IMG/VR virus record: IMGVR_UViG_3300030329_002202
Span: 1 to 59,542 of that record
Length of the DNA: 59,542 nt
Reading direction: 5' to 3' (one strand)
DNA from: a virus
Taxonomy: Duplodnaviria; Caudoviricetes
The notes beneath the pieces were generated by a model. It made no database searches. It saw only the letters and a list, made by a program, of their open reading frames with translations, and was not told the DNA's origin. Positions 8,616 through 16,803 of the stretch are shown piece after piece; position 1 is the stretch's first letter; each line of letters starts with the position of its first letter. The position numbers and the translations under genes were made by a program.

Positions 8616-11420
8616 ATGAAAAAAAATAATACATCATACACATTAACACAGGATGATATAAGAATTTTACAACAAAATCCTTGGATGTGGGAAGGTATGG
8701 GTGATTCATTAGAGTCAACATCAGGCAGTGGTTGGTTAATTAAAGATATACTTGGACCACATGCTAGGCCTAATAAAAATGTGCAAGTAATCACAGATGG
8801 TAGTGGTAAAAAAATATTAAGCTGGAGAGGTTATAGATTTGTTATACCTCAAGACAGTAATCTTTACAATGAACTTGGACCAAATCTTGTTGCTAATCAA
8901 GAGAATAGAACTAGAGAGGCTAATCTTAGAAAAAAAGAGGTTGTTGAAGCTGGACCTATAACAGGTGGTAAGGTTGTTGATGAAACGATTTCAATAAAAC
9001 CTAAAAAGATTAATACTGTAACTCCTCAAGATAACGAACCACAAAAATTACCTCCTCGACCAGAACCAGTAGTGGTTGATAGCACAACGACTAATATTAA
9101 TAATGATGGTGAAACTGTACCTGACAGAGAGGATAGAGAATATATTCCACAAACTAGAAGAAACGATGAGGACATGATTCCACAAAGTAGAAGAGACTAC
9201 TACGCTGGTGGTACTGTAGAGTCTTTTAGAAGACGTAGAGGTATGGGGTATAACCCTGATGCATATTACAGCAGAAGAGGTGGAGTTAACGAAGGTTGGG
9301 GTTTAAGAACAAATGAAATGTCTGATGTGCAAAGAGATAATAGAAGACAGGTTTCTGCAGAACATGATAGAAAAAGAGGAACAACTAGAACTTACGATGA
9401 CCAAAATAGACTGGTTCGTACTAATAAACGAGGCAAGGTTGTTGGTGGGACTAGAGAGCAAAGACTAGCTAGGAATAGAAAAAATGCACAACAAAATCAA
9501 AACACTGGATTGACTATTCCTAATGAAAGCATTCAACAAAAGAATGTACCAACAGTAGGTAAAACTCGTAAAACTGAAGCAACACGAAAACCATTAGGGG
9601 GTGATGAAAAAGTTTATCAAGGTGGGACTTTGGATGAGGTTACAGTTACTGCTAAAAGACCAGTACCAAATCCTGACAAAAGGTCTTACTGGGTTGGTGG
9701 AAAGCAAATAACAAAAGAAGAGCACGATAAGTTAACTGCAGGAAGTAAACCAAAACCAAGGTCAGAGTGGGTTACAGCAAGTAGTCCTGATAAATCTTAT
9801 AAAAATATAACTAAAGATATGTCAGACGCAGATAGAAAAAGATTTTACCCAAATGTGAAACCTGATAAAGAAGGAGAAAGGCAAGCTAAAAAGGGTGCTA
9901 TTGTAAAACCAAATAAAAATAATGAAACCATGAAAAATAAAACTAAACCTAGAAAACTTTCTAGATTTGAGAGAAGATTTAAAAAAGCTAGGGAAAAGGG
10001 TAAAGAAACATTTAAGTATAGAAAAAGAAGATTTGACTTAACTGAAAAGAGAGGGGTATATCATACAGGACTTAAAACTGAAGAAGGAGGCAAAAAGCCT
10101 GCTGATAAAGAAGAAAGAAGAGCTGATACAATTCCCAATGATGGTGATAGAGGCAAGGAGGGTACAAAGAGACCAGTAGATATAGGTACAGGAGGTCAAG
10201 GAACTGGAACTGATTATGACGATGGAGGTGTTACTAAAGGTAATTATGGTGGTGGCTCAGATACACCACAAGTTGTAAGAGATAAGGAAATTACGTATGA
10301 TAGAAGTTGGATTAGAAAACCAAAAAAACAATCTTCTAGCAATAATGATACTAACGATTCTAATGAAACGAATGACACTAATGTTACAAACGATTCTCAA
10401 CAAACAGAAAAGCTAACTAAGCAAGAGAAGTTTTACAGAAGACAACAAAGAAGAGAAGAAAGAGAAGCTAATAGATTAAAAAAGAAAGAAGAAAGGTTAG
10501 CTAGAAGAAAGTACAGAAAAGAGGCTAGACAGTATAGAAGAACAATGAGAAGAAAAGCTAGACAGGAAAGAAGAGAAGCTGCAGGCCATAAGTTTACAGG
10601 TGGTAGAAGAATTTCTCCAAGAAGATGGTGGAAAAACCTTAGAGATAAGCTTGGTATAGGTGCACCTGGTAGAGGTAATTTGAGAGATTGGGACTCACCA
10701 ACATCTTTTCCTACAACAAGAAAAGAAATGCCTGTAAGAACATATAAGGATGGAGGTAAACCAAAATCAGCTCAGTATATGTCTTATGATGATATGGTAA
10801 AAGACCCAAAGTATCAAAAAGCTTCAAAGAGTAAAGATTATTCTAATTTTACCTATTGGGAAGAAACTCAAGGTTATCCTGGTGGACCAAAAACTAAACA
10901 AGTCATGAATAAAGAATTTAATCCTAAAATGAAGCCATCAAATATGAAAGGTGGAGGAAAGGTAGCAAAAAGAAAATATCTTGGTGGTGGTAAAGTAAAA
11001 AAATACTCTAATGGGGGAAATATTCCTGACATGACCAAGAAAAATCTTACAATGAGTGATTATAAAAAGTTTTTAGATGCTAGAGATAGAGATGCAGCAA
11101 ATCTTAAAAGAATAAATGAATACAATGTTAAGAATAAGGTGGATGGCAAAACAACTCGTAAGATGGTTGACTCTAAAAACCTTAAACCTGGTGACTCTTG
11201 GAAGCAGTCATGGAAAAGCCCAAAAAAACCAAATAACAAGCAATTAGTTAGAATGCTTATGAAAAAAGGAGGAAGAACTTTGTTAAAAAGGCTAGGTTGG
11301 TTAGGTGCTGCAATAACTGCTGCTCAGGGTCTAGGTATTATTTATGAAGGTAGAAAAAATCTAATGCCATCTTTAAAAGATAGAGCAGAAAAGAATCCTA
11401 ACTTTGGTAGAAAAATATAA
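8616..11420 (+). CDS. Large Arg/Lys-rich, probably disordered protein (putative internal virion / DNA-condensing cargo)
   Basis: 934 aa, highly basic; at least seven xxGG/AKKGA motifs; LDEVTVTA segment. Confidence 0.7.
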   Translation: MKKNNTSYTLTQDDIRILQQNPWMWEGMGDSLESTSGSGWLIKDILGPHARPNKNVQVITDGSGKKILSWRGYRFVIPQDSNLYNELGPNLVANQENRTREANLRKKEVVEAGPITGGKVVDETISIKPKKINTVTPQDNEPQKLPPRPEPVVVDSTTTNINNDGETVPDREDREYIPQTRRNDEDMIPQSRRDYYAGGTVESFRRRRGMGYNPDAYYSRRGGVNEGWGLRTNEMSDVQRDNRRQVSAEHDRKRGTTRTYDDQNRLVRTNKRGKVVGGTREQRLARNRKNAQQNQNTGLTIPNESIQQKNVPTVGKTRKTEATRKPLGGDEKVYQGGTLDEVTVTAKRPVPNPDKRSYWVGGKQITKEEHDKLTAGSKPKPRSEWVTASSPDKSYKNITKDMSDADRKRFYPNVKPDKEGERQAKKGAIVKPNKNNETMKNKTKPRKLSRFERRFKKAREKGKETFKYRKRRFDLTEKRGVYHTGLKTEEGGKKPADKEERRADTIPNDGDRGKEGTKRPVDIGTGGQGTGTDYDDGGVTKGNYGGGSDTPQVVRDKEITYDRSWIRKPKKQSSSNNDTNDSNETNDTNVTNDSQQTEKLTKQEKFYRRQQRREEREANRLKKKEERLARRKYRKEARQYRRTMRRKARQERREAAGHKFTGGRRISPRRWWKNLRDKLGIGAPGRGNLRDWDSPTSFPTTRKEMPVRTYKDGGKPKSAQYMSYDDMVKDPKYQKASKSKDYSNFTYWEETQGYPGGPKTKQVMNKEFNPKMKPSNMKGGGKVAKRKYLGGGKVKKYSNGGNIPDMTKKNLTMSDYKKFLDARDRDAANLKRINEYNVKNKVDGKTTRKMVDSKNLKPGDSWKQSWKSPKKPNNKQLVRMLMKKGGRTLLKRLGWLGAAITAAQGLGIIYEGRKNLMPSLKDRAEKNPNFGRKI

Positions 11421-11423
11421 AAA

Positions 11424-11705
11424 ATGAAAGAATTATCAGAAGACTCAAAATTTGAGATAAGTGCTAAAACTTTAGGTGGTATAGCTTTTTTAATAGCCAC
11501 CTTGGTTGGTATGTGGTTTACGCTTCAGGCTGACATTGATGAGGCTAAGCTTTTACCAGAACCCCCAGCACCAGAGGTTACAAAAATGGAATTTGACATG
11601 AAGGACCAAATGGTTAGGCAGACTATTATGACTACCCAGGAGGATGTTACTGAGATAAAAGAAGATATTAAGTATCTTAGAGATAAGATAGACTCAATGG
11701 ATTAA
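11424..11705 (+). CDS. Single-TM protein with C-terminal coiled coil
   Basis: TM segment LGGIAFLIATLVGMWFTL, Pro-rich linker, heptad pattern in the tail. Confidence 0.7.
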   Translation: MKELSEDSKFEISAKTLGGIAFLIATLVGMWFTLQADIDEAKLLPEPPAPEVTKMEFDMKDQMVRQTIMTTQEDVTEIKEDIKYLRDKIDSMD

Positions 11706-11706
11706 T

Positions 11707-12099
11707 ATGAAATATTTAGATTTAAAATTATTACTGTTCTTAGTTATAACTATATTGTTTTCTGCTAAATCTTCTTCACAAGAATTTTTAACAGCAGATA
11801 ACTTTCAAAATAAAGTAGCAAAAGATATTGTTGCTGTTGAGTTTTGGGTTGAATGGAATAAGACAAATGAGTTCTCTGAATTTGTAGAACTCAATGATTG
11901 TGAAAAATATAGAGTAGATATAGGAAAATATCCTGAATTACAAAAAGAATATAATGTAACTTGTATACCTACTGTAATTATATTTGAAAGTGGGGAGGAA
12001 AAAGAGAGGTTTAAGGCAAATATAATGTTCGAGTTAGATGCAACAAAAAAGGATGTTCAAAATAGTATAGACAAAATAATGTTAGCAAAATTTAATTAG
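11707..12099 (+). CDS. Exported thioredoxin-fold protein lacking CxxC
   Basis: Signal peptide + Q; VEFWVEWNKTN at the WCxxC position; YNVTCIPTVIIFESGEEKERF. Confidence 0.75.
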   Translation: MKYLDLKLLLFLVITILFSAKSSSQEFLTADNFQNKVAKDIVAVEFWVEWNKTNEFSEFVELNDCEKYRVDIGKYPELQKEYNVTCIPTVIIFESGEEKERFKANIMFELDATKKDVQNSIDKIMLAKFN

Positions 12100-12101
12100 T
12101 T

Positions 12102-12275
12102 ATGAATTGGATAAACTCATGGAAAGCTGGAAATAAAAAAGAAAAATATGGTGTGTCTATAAGGCTTGGCACTATAACTGTATTTGAATTAAAATACTGC
12201 CCTTGCAGTATATGTGAAAAAACAAACTGTTCAAGGTTTAGATTTATGATTTTAAACTTTGGTGTAGAAATTTAA
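12102..12275 (+). CDS. 57-aa hypothetical protein with four Cys (not in ORF track)
   Basis: MNWINSWKAG...YCPCSICEKTNCS...NFGVEI exactly fills the gap between its neighbours. Confidence 0.65.
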   Translation: MNWINSWKAGNKKEKYGVSIRLGTITVFELKYCPCSICEKTNCSRFRFMILNFGVEI

Positions 12276-12278
12276 AAT

Positions 12279-14339
12279 ATGGGAACTTCATTAGCAGGAC
12301 AAAAAATATCAGCAAAATACCAGTATCTATTAAAGACTGCTGAAGCTGCATTTTCCACATCACTCACCAATATAGAGGATGGGGCTGGAAATGGTAGCGA
12401 CTTATCTGTGGCAACAAATAAGGTTAAGGTTGGAACAGCATTGGGTATTAACCAATCAGCACCAACCTATAAATTAGATATAAGTGGTACAACATCAGCA
12501 GTAAGAGTTGATAATGGAACGAACGCATCTTTCTTAGTTGGTAAAGGTAACACCTATGGTTTTTGTGCTGGTGACTGTAATCCTGCGACAACTGTAGGTG
12601 GAGGTTCTGCAGGTAGTACAACAGCTCAAGCAAACAAGAACTATATAGCTATTGACCCAACATTTGCATCAAGTGCAGGTAGAGTAACTATTATGAATGG
12701 GGCTTCTTCAGGAACAGGAGCTATAGGTATAGGTGCAGATGCTACAGCAACTGGATTTATAGAATTTGGTGCTTCTAATAAGATTTTTAAATTTACTGCT
12801 AAAACAGCAACTCAATCATTTTATGTATATGGAAATGGTGAGTCACAATTAAGTATAGATTCAACTAATAAAAGAGTTGGTTTAGGTGAAGATGTTACCA
12901 ATCCTGCTCATACTGTTGAAATTAGAGAAACAGGTAGTGCTAAAGCAAATACAGATATATTAGCGATAACAAATAAAACAAATGCTGCTGATATGGATGG
13001 AACAGAAGGTAGTATATTATTTAATCAATGGTATTATGACGCTTCTACACCTGCTGTAGCAGATGCAGGTAGAATATCTGTAGGAACTGAAACTGACTGG
13101 ACTTCTTCAGGGTCTACTCAAGATTCATATATGTCTTTAGAGACTGCTTTGGATGGTACAGTTGCAGAAAAGGTTAGAATAACTAGTGCAGGATATGTTG
13201 GTATAAATGCAGCAGTTCCAACATCTCACCTTCACGTTAATGGAAATATTTATGCATCAGGTTCTATAACTGCAGCAAAAGCTATAGTTGAGAGGACAAG
13301 GTATCAATTAGAAGAGTATTTTGATAGAAAACCCCAATTAAATGCAACATCTACAATAGACCCAGATGCTAATGACGCAACAGCTTTAGCAGCTTTTGTT
13401 AAGGCAAATAGACATTTTGAATTGGCCACAGGTGCTAATGCTGCAGATGCAAATGTTATTTACGATGGTGATAAAGCATGTGTTCAGCTTCAAACAGCAG
13501 GGTCACTCAATACTGACTCAATGATAATACAACCTCATACAGATTATTTAACATCGCAATACGCTGGTGCTCAAACAGCTTGGACAGGTATGTTATGGGG
13601 AACTGAGGACCAAGTTAGTTGGGAGTGTTCTATAACTACAGATTCTACTATAACTGACTGTATGTATTGGGCAGGTCTTAAATTGACCAACACTAATGTT
13701 TACACAACAAACAATGACCAAGCATATTTCTTTTATGACTCTAGTAAAACAATATTATCTCATGCTGGTACAGCCACAACTTGGCATTTTGTTTATAGCA
13801 ATAATGGAACTCATTATGTAACAAACTTAGGTGTAGTTGTTTCAACAGATGCAACATATCATTTTAAAATAGATATAAATAGTGAGAGAGAAACTTCAGT
13901 TTATATAAATGGAGACCAATATGGATTAACAACTATATCAGGTGTTGGTGCAACAGGAGTTTTAGTTGATGGTGGTGGTTCTTCAGTAAGTCTTAGTAAT
14001 GGGTCATCTCATGTGCTTACTGTTGATGGAACTGATGCTACAACAAAAATAGTGGTAGGAGATGTAATTGTAGATGATGGTTCAAGCCAAGTGTATGGAA
14101 CAGTTACTGCTGTAACTGCAACAAGTGTAACTATAACTGCTTCTGATACAGTTTCTTTACCTGACAATACGAATATACATATAAATGGGAGAGCTGCAGT
14201 TAGTTCAACAACTGATGGTTCAGCATTAAAAGATAATACAAACCTTATACCATATATAGGTATTCTTAAACATACTAACTCAACAGCTAGAGCACTAAGG
14301 GTTAGTTATCAAAAAATAAGTAGAGTAATAGGAACATAA
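12279..14339 (+). CDS. Tail fibre / receptor-binding protein
   Basis: Repeated (V/L)G(I/L)N..P...L.V fibre motifs (LGINQSAPTYKLDI, VGINAAVPTSHLHVNG); C-terminal lectin-like beta domain. Confidence 0.7.
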   Translation: MGTSLAGQKISAKYQYLLKTAEAAFSTSLTNIEDGAGNGSDLSVATNKVKVGTALGINQSAPTYKLDISGTTSAVRVDNGTNASFLVGKGNTYGFCAGDCNPATTVGGGSAGSTTAQANKNYIAIDPTFASSAGRVTIMNGASSGTGAIGIGADATATGFIEFGASNKIFKFTAKTATQSFYVYGNGESQLSIDSTNKRVGLGEDVTNPAHTVEIRETGSAKANTDILAITNKTNAADMDGTEGSILFNQWYYDASTPAVADAGRISVGTETDWTSSGSTQDSYMSLETALDGTVAEKVRITSAGYVGINAAVPTSHLHVNGNIYASGSITAAKAIVERTRYQLEEYFDRKPQLNATSTIDPDANDATALAAFVKANRHFELATGANAADANVIYDGDKACVQLQTAGSLNTDSMIIQPHTDYLTSQYAGAQTAWTGMLWGTEDQVSWECSITTDSTITDCMYWAGLKLTNTNVYTTNNDQAYFFYDSSKTILSHAGTATTWHFVYSNNGTHYVTNLGVVVSTDATYHFKIDINSERETSVYINGDQYGLTTISGVGATGVLVDGGGSSVSLSNGSSHVLTVDGTDATTKIVVGDVIVDDGSSQVYGTVTAVTATSVTITASDTVSLPDNTNIHINGRAAVSSTTDGSALKDNTNLIPYIGILKHTNSTARALRVSYQKISRVIGT

Positions 14340-14353
14340 CAATATAATATATA

Positions 14354-14839
14354 ATGGCAGATTTAACAGTAACAGTAAAAGAGGATGTAAAATTAAATGG
14401 ACAGCAGTATGGTTCGTCAAAATCATATACTCTAACAGGTGTAACTAATGTTTTTAAAAGAGTTGTAACTTGCACCAGAAATGTTGACACAACTATAGTA
14501 AAGTTTGGCCCAGATGATAATACATCAGATGGTGGGTTGAAGATAAGCACAACAAAATATATGAGAATAACTAATTTAAGTCTTACTGAAGATGTTAACT
14601 TATCTTTTCAAATAGATACAACAGAGCATGCATCAGATGCTAGCACTGCTGAGGAATCTGCTACATTTTTACTAAAAGCAAAACAAAGTTTTGTTATGGG
14701 AACTGCACATGACTCTTTATGTGTTCAAGATACAAATGCTACTATAGAGTTAACTCTACACGATTTGGAGAGTGTTATTGTTGATACACCTGCAGGAGCA
14801 GAAGTAGACATAGAAGTTTTTGTTGCTAGCTCTTCTTAA
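14354..14839 (+). CDS. Putative structural protein
   Basis: Beta-rich 161 aa protein co-transcribed with the fibre gene. Confidence 0.55.
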   Translation: MADLTVTVKEDVKLNGQQYGSSKSYTLTGVTNVFKRVVTCTRNVDTTIVKFGPDDNTSDGGLKISTTKYMRITNLSLTEDVNLSFQIDTTEHASDASTAEESATFLLKAKQSFVMGTAHDSLCVQDTNATIELTLHDLESVIVDTPAGAEVDIEVFVASSS

Positions 14840-14861
14840 TAACTTTGTTCATAACTTTTAT

Positions 14862-14892
14862 AAAGGGCTACTTTTTTAGTAGCTTTTTTTTT
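14862..14892 (+). terminator. Rho-independent terminator
   Basis: aaagggctac / gtagctttt stem with a 7-nt loop, followed by a U-run. Confidence 0.6.
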
Positions 14893-14894
14893 CA

Positions 14895-14902
14895 TATATT
14901 TA
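14895..14902 (+). promoter_or_regulatory. -7 promoter element variant (TATATTTA)
   Basis: Directly after the terminator, about 21 bp before ATG 14924. Confidence 0.45.
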
Positions 14903-14923
14903 TAGAAATTTAATTTAATAGAT

Positions 14924-15322
14924 ATGACAACAGAAGACTTAATAATAAAGGTCACAGAAGAAATGAAAGACCTTTTAATCGAAAAAAACAGGGCATATGG
15001 AGACAGTGCCACTAATCCATCAAACGTATTCTCATCAGGTTCACCAATAGACTCTTTATGTGCACGTATAGACGATAAGCTTATGCGTATACAAAATAAA
15101 GGCATCAATGATAAAACAGAAGATACTGTTTCAGACTTGATAGGATACCTTATTTTATTAAAAGTGGCTATATATAAAGAAAAATATGATGAATTTGATA
15201 TTATGTCTGATTCCATTAGCTCAGGTGGGTTTTGTAATATTAATGGAACCCCAATAGACAATATGGAAGACTTGAAGGTTCATTATGATATGGTAGATGA
15301 AGAAGTCAACGAGAAAAATTAA
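14924..15322 (+). CDS. Nucleotide-modification-associated domain 1 (DUF1599/Nmad1-like) protein
   Basis: EKNRAYGDS, RIDDKLMRI, EDTVSDLIGYLIL. Confidence 0.75.
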   Translation: MTTEDLIIKVTEEMKDLLIEKNRAYGDSATNPSNVFSSGSPIDSLCARIDDKLMRIQNKGINDKTEDTVSDLIGYLILLKVAIYKEKYDEFDIMSDSISSGGFCNINGTPIDNMEDLKVHYDMVDEEVNEKN

Positions 15323-15605
15323 AAAGATATTAAAAGACTTAGAGTCTTTAAGAGATGAAGCTAGTGTTAAATTTGCTTTTTCCTATATAGAGTTTGGAAA
15401 GGATTTAAATAGTTTAGATGCTGATGTTGTCCACAACATAGGTGCAGATTTAGCTTCAGAAACTTTAATGCATATAATAGAGGAAAGGATATTTGAAGAC
15501 CCATTTAGCCAGCAATCTATTGATGATGTTGTTAAAGAGAGGGAGACAATGGCAAAATTACACATGTTTAATTTATTTAATAAAGGTAAAAAATTTGAAG
15601 CATAA
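15297..15605 (+). CDS. Hypothetical protein
   Basis: Operonic ORF with overlapping start and stop. Confidence 0.6.
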   Translation: MKKSTRKIKKILKDLESLRDEASVKFAFSYIEFGKDLNSLDADVVHNIGADLASETLMHIIEERIFEDPFSQQSIDDVVKERETMAKLHMFNLFNKGKKFEA

Positions 15606-15877
15606 TGGAATTAATAAATGGAATAATAAGAAAAGTTACAGTAGGTGATATTAAAGATGGTATAACCTATGTTGTTGGTCAGCCTATAATGAGGGGTGCA
15701 GCAACTATCACAGCAATAGTTCAGGATGATTTATACTTCTATAAATATAATATATTAAAGTTTAATGTATTTATAAAAATGGAAGATAAAGAAGAATCAG
15801 AGATGTGGAAGTCTTTTTTTAAGATAACAGGAGTAGAATACAATTTAAATTACGAAGAAGAATATCAAGTTAATTAA
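15605..15877 (+). CDS. Conserved-type hypothetical phage protein
   Basis: IIRKVTVG..GITYVVGQ; located upstream of the GroES and terminase genes. Confidence 0.65.
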   Translation: MELINGIIRKVTVGDIKDGITYVVGQPIMRGAATITAIVQDDLYFYKYNILKFNVFIKMEDKEESEMWKSFFKITGVEYNLNYEEEYQVN

Positions 15878-15878
15878 T

Positions 15879-16529
15879 ATGAAGATACCAAAAAATTATT
15901 TTTTAGTTCAGGTTGAAAAACCATATGATGACACAATTGAATTTAATGGAAGAGAAATTACATTAGATATTAAATTTGACCCATATAAATTTGCTAGACA
16001 ATATGGTATTGTTTATGAGAATCCAGGATGGCTTCCAGAAGGTTTAGAGTTTGATGTTAAAAAAGGGGATAAAATATATTTTCACCATCTTGTTACAGGA
16101 GCTAAACCTGGAGTTACTATAGATAAAAAATTTGAGGATGAGTCTGGGCAGCAACATAAGAGTGCAAATCTTGTAGAGTGGGCAGATGATGAAAATGTGT
16201 ATAAAGTTCATTGGCAACAGATATATGCTAGAGTTAGAGATGGGGAGCTTAAAATGCTGCATCATTGGAATTTTGTGAAACAAAAGACTGAGTCTGAGGA
16301 TAGTATAAAAACAAAATCTGGAATCTTTATGAAACCTGAGGTTGAAGATATAACTCTACATGGAAATATAGTATATATGAACGATTGGTTAAAAGACCAG
16401 GGTGTTAAGATAGGAGATGAAGTTATATTTTCAGAAAACTCAGAATATGACATGAAAATAGAAGGAGAAAAACTTTTAAGAATGAGAAATGAAGATATAT
16501 TAGCATTATACAACAATGAAGGAAAGTAA
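15879..16529 (+). CDS. groES: GroES-like co-chaperonin with two GroES-like halves
   Basis: KTKSGIFM...GVKIGDEVIFSENSEYDMKIEGEKLLRMRNEDIL; N-terminal half has DVKKGDKIYF. Confidence 0.8.
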   Translation: MKIPKNYFLVQVEKPYDDTIEFNGREITLDIKFDPYKFARQYGIVYENPGWLPEGLEFDVKKGDKIYFHHLVTGAKPGVTIDKKFEDESGQQHKSANLVEWADDENVYKVHWQQIYARVRDGELKMLHHWNFVKQKTESEDSIKTKSGIFMKPEVEDITLHGNIVYMNDWLKDQGVKIGDEVIFSENSEYDMKIEGEKLLRMRNEDILALYNNEGK

Positions 16530-16800
16530 TAAATCATATGTACAAAGAACCTTACAGGACCTTATAGACTCTTCTAAAGAGGCTGTAGCAATACTTATAG
16601 AAGATATAAGAACACCATTAGACCCTGATTTATCAGATGAGAAAAGAAGGAATGCTATTAAAGCAAAAAAAGAATGTTTTTTAGATGCTCAAGAAATACT
16701 TATAGGTATATCTAAATTAGAAGCACAGATAGTAGAGGGAGATTTTAAAGAAGAAAAAGATTTTGAAAAGGGATTAGCAGAGAAATTCGCAAAAAGATAA
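16516..16800 (+). CDS. Probable terminase small subunit
   Basis: Small helical protein immediately upstream of the terminase large subunit (positional inference). Confidence 0.5.
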   Translation: MKESNKSYVQRTLQDLIDSSKEAVAILIEDIRTPLDPDLSDEKRRNAIKAKKECFLDAQEILIGISKLEAQIVEGDFKEEKDFEKGLAEKFAKR

Positions 16801-16803
16801 AAT

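Noticed and set aside
10803-10817. DPKYQ in the 934-aa protein, also AKYQ at the fibre N-terminus and DPKYN at 46299
   Set aside because: Isolated copies not at evident domain boundaries, so not counted in the KYQ array, although the 10803 copy could be a trans-cleavage site
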